In this document: positions 59,269 through 64,000 of the stretch, piece after piece
How positions within the stretch are numbered: the first letter of the stretch is position 1
Layout of the letters: each line of letters starts with the position of its first letter
Assembly: GCF_009914755.1 (NCBI RefSeq)
Contig: NC_060944.1
Reading direction: 5' to 3' (one strand)
DNA length: 64,000 nucleotides
Origin: the human T2T-CHM13v2.0 reference genome, Homo sapiens
Notes under the pieces: model-generated
Told to the model about the DNA's origin: nothing
The model's database searches: none
Seen by the model: only the letters and a program-made list of their open reading frames with translations
Position numbers and translations under genes: made by a program

Positions 59269-60068
59269 TGACCACCAGCCTCCTGCTTGCTCCTCAGTTC
59301 TCCACTGGTGGAGTCCCTCTCCTTCCTGTCTCTGGCTTCTGGGATAGAGTCCTCTCTGCTCAGAGAACCCCCTGGGGGTTTAAGCGCTGCAAATGTGTTT
59401 CCTTCTCTTCTGACCAAAGGGTTCTTCTGTACCATCACTCAATAACTCCCAACCAGGATGTGCCTGCCTGGACCCCCATCGTGCTCATCCTGAGCAGCTT
59501 GGAGGAAAAGGCCTCCCCTGGGGCAGCAGTCGACCCAGGGTCTCTGCCAAATGACCCTGGCAGCTGCGGCCCCCTCGTGCCCCAGGAGTCAGGGTCCTGT
59601 CTGGAGGCTCCAACCAAAAGCTGGCCCGGGTCCCGACTGCCCTCTCAGCTGGCAGAGGATGGAGCCATTTGGCTCCGCTTCTGAAGTGGGCGCCACGAGC
59701 TCACGCTTGGCTCGTGCTCCTCACCGATGCTCTCTCTGCTCGGCCTTGCTGAGCCAGGCGGGGTTCTGGCTTCAGTGCTGCGTCTTCTCTCCTCCATGAA
59801 CAGAAATCCCCGAAGGTCAGCGGTCTTGAGTATAATCGTCTTCAGATATCTGAAGAGCCGGTGTGAACAGCCGTTCAACTCAATTGCCCCACTTTTCATC
59901 GAGCATTTCCTCTCTGCCTGCACGACTGAGGTCTTCTCTGATTTTTTTTAGTAATTCATATTGATTTATTTTATAAGTTCTATTGCTTCTATTGATAATT
60001 TCATTAATTAATAGAAAATTAAGATGAGGTCATTTTGGTAGCACAAATATTGAAATAGAGTTTTGAAA

Positions 60069-60199
60069 TAGTATGATCAACTAATTTATCGTCGTCACCA
60101 GGACTTTTTGATAGTGAAACTGGGCTCTTTTACTAATTATGTGGGGAAAACAGGTATAAACGGAGACTGTCCCATGCAAACTGAAATATATCATCACTA
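60069..60199 (+). mobile_element. MER94-like hAT-Blackjack fossil
   Basis: TAATTTATCGTC, TTTTGATAGTGAAA, TAATTA, ACAGGTATAAAC, GACTGTCCC..GCAAAC. Confidence 0.65.
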
Positions 60200-60337
60200 T
60201 TGAGAGATGACTTGCTCAAACCTTAACATCCCATTTATTTCCGAATTTGTTTTAATGATGGAAACAAGGGAGGGAATCTGAGTCACACAGGGAGTAGCTG
60301 CAAATGGTAACAGGTTTTTTTTTTTTATGCTTGCCTT

Positions 60338-60635
60338 TTTTATTTTTTGTTTTGAGATGGAGTCTTGCTCTGTCGCCCAGGCTGCAGTGCAGTGGCGTTA
60401 TCTCAGCTCACTGCAGGCTCCGCCCCCCGAGGTTCACGCCATTCTCCTGCCTCAGCCTCCCAAGTAGCTGGGACTACAGGCGCCCCCCACCTCGCCCGGC
60501 CAATTTTTTGTATTTTTAGTAGAGACGGGGTTTCACCGTGTTAGCCAGGATGGTCTCGATCTCCTGACCGCGTGATCCGCCCGCTTCGGCCTCCCAAAGT
60601 GCTGGGATTACAGGCGTGAGCCACTGCGCCCGGCC
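60338..60635 (-). mobile_element. AluY flanked by an unusually long direct duplication
   Basis: AluY diagnostics GGTTCACGCCATTCTCC and CACCGTGTTAGCCAGGATGG; many CpGs retained. Confidence 0.93.
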
Positions 60636-60769
60636 CGAATTTGTTTTAATGATGGAAACAAGGGAGGGAATCTGAGTCACACAGGTAACAGGTTTTTTTT
60701 TTTTTTTTTTTTTTTGTTTTTTTTTTTTAATGCTTGCCTTATAATAGTAGTTCTCAATCTTAACTCACC

Positions 60770-60973
60770 CAGGGCCGGGTCTGGCAAACTACAAGGTCCA
60801 GCTGCAGTCTGTTTTTGTAAATAAAGCTTTATTGGAACACAGCTGTGGCCACTCATTTACCTTCTGTCTATGGCTGCTTTCGTGCAGCACAGGGATAGCT
60901 GATGAGCTGCACTGGAGACAGGACAGTTCACTTCTAGGATATTTAGTATCTGGCCCTTTATAGAAAACATTTT
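60770..60973 (-). mobile_element. MER58A-like element
   Basis: GGCAAACTAC, TTTTTGTAAATAAAGCTTTATTGGAACACAGC, TATCTGGCCCTTTA. Confidence 0.75.
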
Positions 60974-61165
60974 CTCTCTGAGCGTAGTGGCTCATGCCTG
61001 TAATCCCAGCACTTTGGGAGGCTGAGGTGGAAGAGTGACTTGAGCCCAGGAGTTTGAGACCAGCCTGGGCAATGTAGCAAGACACCCACCTCAATAGATA
61101 CAATAGATAGATTATAGATGATACATTGATTAAATGTTTGCTGTCCCCCAACGTTGGGAATGTAA

Positions 61166-61529
<364 letters not shown>

Positions 61530-61539
61530 TAGGCTGACA

Positions 61540-61696
61540 GCTGGGTACAATGGTGCATGCCTGTAACCCCAGCTACTAGGAGGCTGAGGCAGGAGGATCG
61601 CTTAAGCCTAGGAGTTTGAGGCTGCAGTGCACTGTGATTGTGCCTGTGAATAATCACAGCAACCTGGCGACAGAATGAGACCCTGTCTCAAAAAAT
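61540..61696 (+). mobile_element. FAM (fossil Alu monomer)
   Basis: Single monomer retaining the 7SL-derived GCCTGTGAATA segment that dimeric Alus lack; degenerate TSD AACAGTGCCTTAGG / AAGAGTGTCTTAGG. Confidence 0.75.
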
Positions 61697-61936
61697 AAGA
61701 GTGTCTTAGGTGATTCCACCACGGAGTCAGTGGTCAGCACTGAGAACCAGGATATTAAAGCCAAATTCGGCCAAAGGTAGTGTCTCAACATGTGCCCCCA
61801 TACCATTCATTCTTTCCGTGTCAGGTAACACGTGGGTGATCTTCAGTGTTTTAAATCTGGGAGAGGGGACACATGGGTTTTAATTTTTGTTACATTTTGA
61901 AAATAGTTATAAGATTTACTTTAAAATAAAACTTGA

Positions 61937-62230
61937 GCTGGGCGTGGTGATGGGTGCCTGCATTCCCAGCTACTTGGGAGGCTGAGGCAGGAGGATCATT
62001 TGAGGTCAGGAGTTCTGGGCTGAAGTGTGTTAGCTATGCTGATCTGGTGTCCACACTAAGTTCAGCATCAAATATGTTGACCTCCCAGGAGCAGGTTGCC
62101 TAAAAGGAGGGGTGAACACGCCCAAGTTGGAAATGGTGCAGGTCAAAACTCCTGTGCTGATCAGTGGTGGGATGACGCCTGTGAATAGTCACTGTACTCC
62201 AGCCTGGGCAACATAGTCAGACCCCATCTC
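61937..62230 (+). pseudogene. 7SL (SRP RNA) retropseudogene, near full length (RN7SL-type)
   Basis: Has both Alu-domain ends plus S-domain sequence absent from Alus (CACTAAGTTCAGCATCAA, CAGGTTGCCTAA, GCAGGTCAAAACTCC, GTGCTGATCAGT). A-tail; approximate TSD AAAATAAAACTTGA / AAAATTGAACTTGA. Confidence 0.94.
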
Positions 62231-63276
62231 AAAAAAAAAAAAAAACCAAAAAAAACAACCAGACAAACAGACAAAAAATTGAACTTGAATCGAAGACTTG
62301 GGGTGGACTTACCTGGTTTAGTCTCCGCATAGCCCTCTGGGGACTGGATTCCACTTTTCCTTTTACAGGTGAGGAAATGGAGCCCCTGTGGGGTTGAAGG
62401 ACTTGCTCCAGGCTGCACAAAACCTCAGGCTGACTCTTTCCAAAGCAATGCTTGACTTCTTGGGAGGGTTTTTAATTTTTTTCCCCAACACCCTCCTTTC
62501 CTTGACAAGCTCCTGAATATCAGAGAAGGCCAGAGAGGATGGTGTCCTGTGTTCCTGAAGGCAGGAAGTGTTTATTGAGCCCCTACTAGCTGCAGAGCTA
62601 GGCATGAAACTGTCACAGTGAACAGAAAAGGGCCCTGCCTTTATGGAGTTGGACGTCCACCGTGGCAGACAGGCCCCGCGGGGAGTTTGGGTGAAAAGTC
62701 GTTGAATGTCAGGCAAGCAGCGGCCCCGGTGCTGCTGACCTTGTCTGGGAGGATCAGGAAAGTTTCCTGGGGAAGAGGCAGGGAGATCTGAGCTGAAACA
62801 TGGAGGATGAGGCTGTGGCTGCCTGTCTTTAGTGCATGGAAGAAAATTCCTGGCAGAGGGAATAGCACGTGTGAGGACCCAGCTGGGGAGTCCAGGGCTG
62901 GCACCTGGAGAGCTCTGGGAGGGGCTCAAGGTGGAGCTGGAGAGGGCAGAAGTGGGAGGGAGGAGGGAGGCAGGTTCCGTACCACCCCCAGAGGGTTAAA
63001 TTAGACTGGTGAGTCAAGATTCCAAGAAGACGAATGGCTCTCCTGCCAGAATTTTAGGCAACTCCACATTCCAAGACAGCCCACAGCTTCCTCTAACAGC
63101 CACGCTGTTCCCAGCCCTGGTGGAGGAGGCAGGAGCCGGCCACTAGCTGGGACACTAGGTGAGAGGTTAGGCCTCAGGTTGGCATCTGGGTCGGATGACA
63201 GAGTCGGGTGGGGGAGTCCAAGACACTGGAGACCCTCAGGCCCAGGCTCAGGGTTCCCAGTCCTGCACCTGTTACC

Positions 63277-63670
63277 TGTCTGCATTTGCGTCCTTGGGAA
63301 ACAAACTTTGAATCAGAGATTTATGTGCAGACAGTTTAGTGGGGCGTTTTCTCAAGAGCTGCACCTGTGAGGGAGGGTAAGCAGCTGGGCTGCAGTGCTG
63401 AGGTCTCGGCTCTTCCTCATGGGAACTCTGAGCCAGGTGGGCGCTTAAGAGATGTTCCCAATCAATCAAGGCCAAAACTTATCTACCAGTCATCTGACAC
63501 AAGCTGTCCCTCAGGGAAGGGGCCACGGGATCAGATGAGGCAACTCTGAGGCTGAGGGCAATTCCTGGGGAGTTGCTTGGCTGTGAGCTGCCAGCTCCCG
63601 CTCCCAGCAGCCACAGGAATGGAGTGTCCTGGTCTGGAAGGGTGGATCTGCAACCACAGCATCCACTACA
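63277..63670 (-). mobile_element. LTR33-like ERVL LTR, followed by a MIR core (~63671-63860)
   Basis: GGCAATTCC..CTCCCAGCAG..GGATCTG..CACAGCATCCACTACA matches the recalled LTR33 reverse complement; GCTGTGTGACCT..TAACCTCTCTGAGC is MIR core. Confidence 0.65.
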
Positions 63671-63790
63671 GCAGCTGTGTGACCTGGAGCACACAGCCTA
63701 ACCTCTCTGAGCTTCCTTTAGGACCACAGCATCCGCTACAGCAGATGTGTGACCTGGAGCACATGGCCTAACCTCTCTGAGCTTCCTTTA
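63653..63790. repeat. Two-copy tandem duplication, period 70
   Basis: 63653-63720 vs 63723-63790: 4 mismatches in 68 nt. Confidence 0.95.
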
Positions 63791-64000
63791 TGCAAAATGC
63801 AGTCACTGGGCTGTTGGAAGGATTCAGAATATTGCATATAAAGCACCTGGCCCCAGTCTTGAGCTCCAGGAAGCACCCAGGAAGTGTTTGTTTAGTTGAA
63901 AGGATCAGTGAATGTGTTGCTTCATAATGAGAATGAGTCTGAGAACCCCCTTTCTGGTGAAAAGATCACGGGCCCAGGAGTCAGGAGAGAGTGGTCGCTT

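Overview
Primate (very likely human, 20q13) genomic DNA containing the complete TFAP2C (AP-2 gamma) gene on the + strand. A CpG island covers most of 1-5300. Seven coding exons lie at 3075-11543, all with GT-AG introns, joining to 1353 nt = 450 aa + stop. A perfect ERE and a 4-codon uORF lie just upstream of the ATG. The ~1.25 kb 3'UTR carries several 8mer miRNA sites and ends at AATAAA 12785. The remaining ~51 kb has no protein-coding gene I can support. It holds about 80 hand-counted Alu/FLAM copies and fragments, MLT1 and LTR33 LTRs, MER DNA-transposon fossils, L2/MIR, a U6 retropseudogene, a full-length 7SL retropseudogene and a FAM monomer. I found no new multi-gene system. The most notable oddities are a stop-free 3n intron 2, a 128-codon open read-through into intron 4, a ~97-bp direct duplication flanking an AluY, a palindromic Alu-tail/Alu-tail scar, an L-R-R-R Alu, an AluYd-type element, and TF-motif clusters that may be enhancers. 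Repeat family names come from recalled consensus sequences and their boundaries are approximate; exon coordinates were counted by hand.
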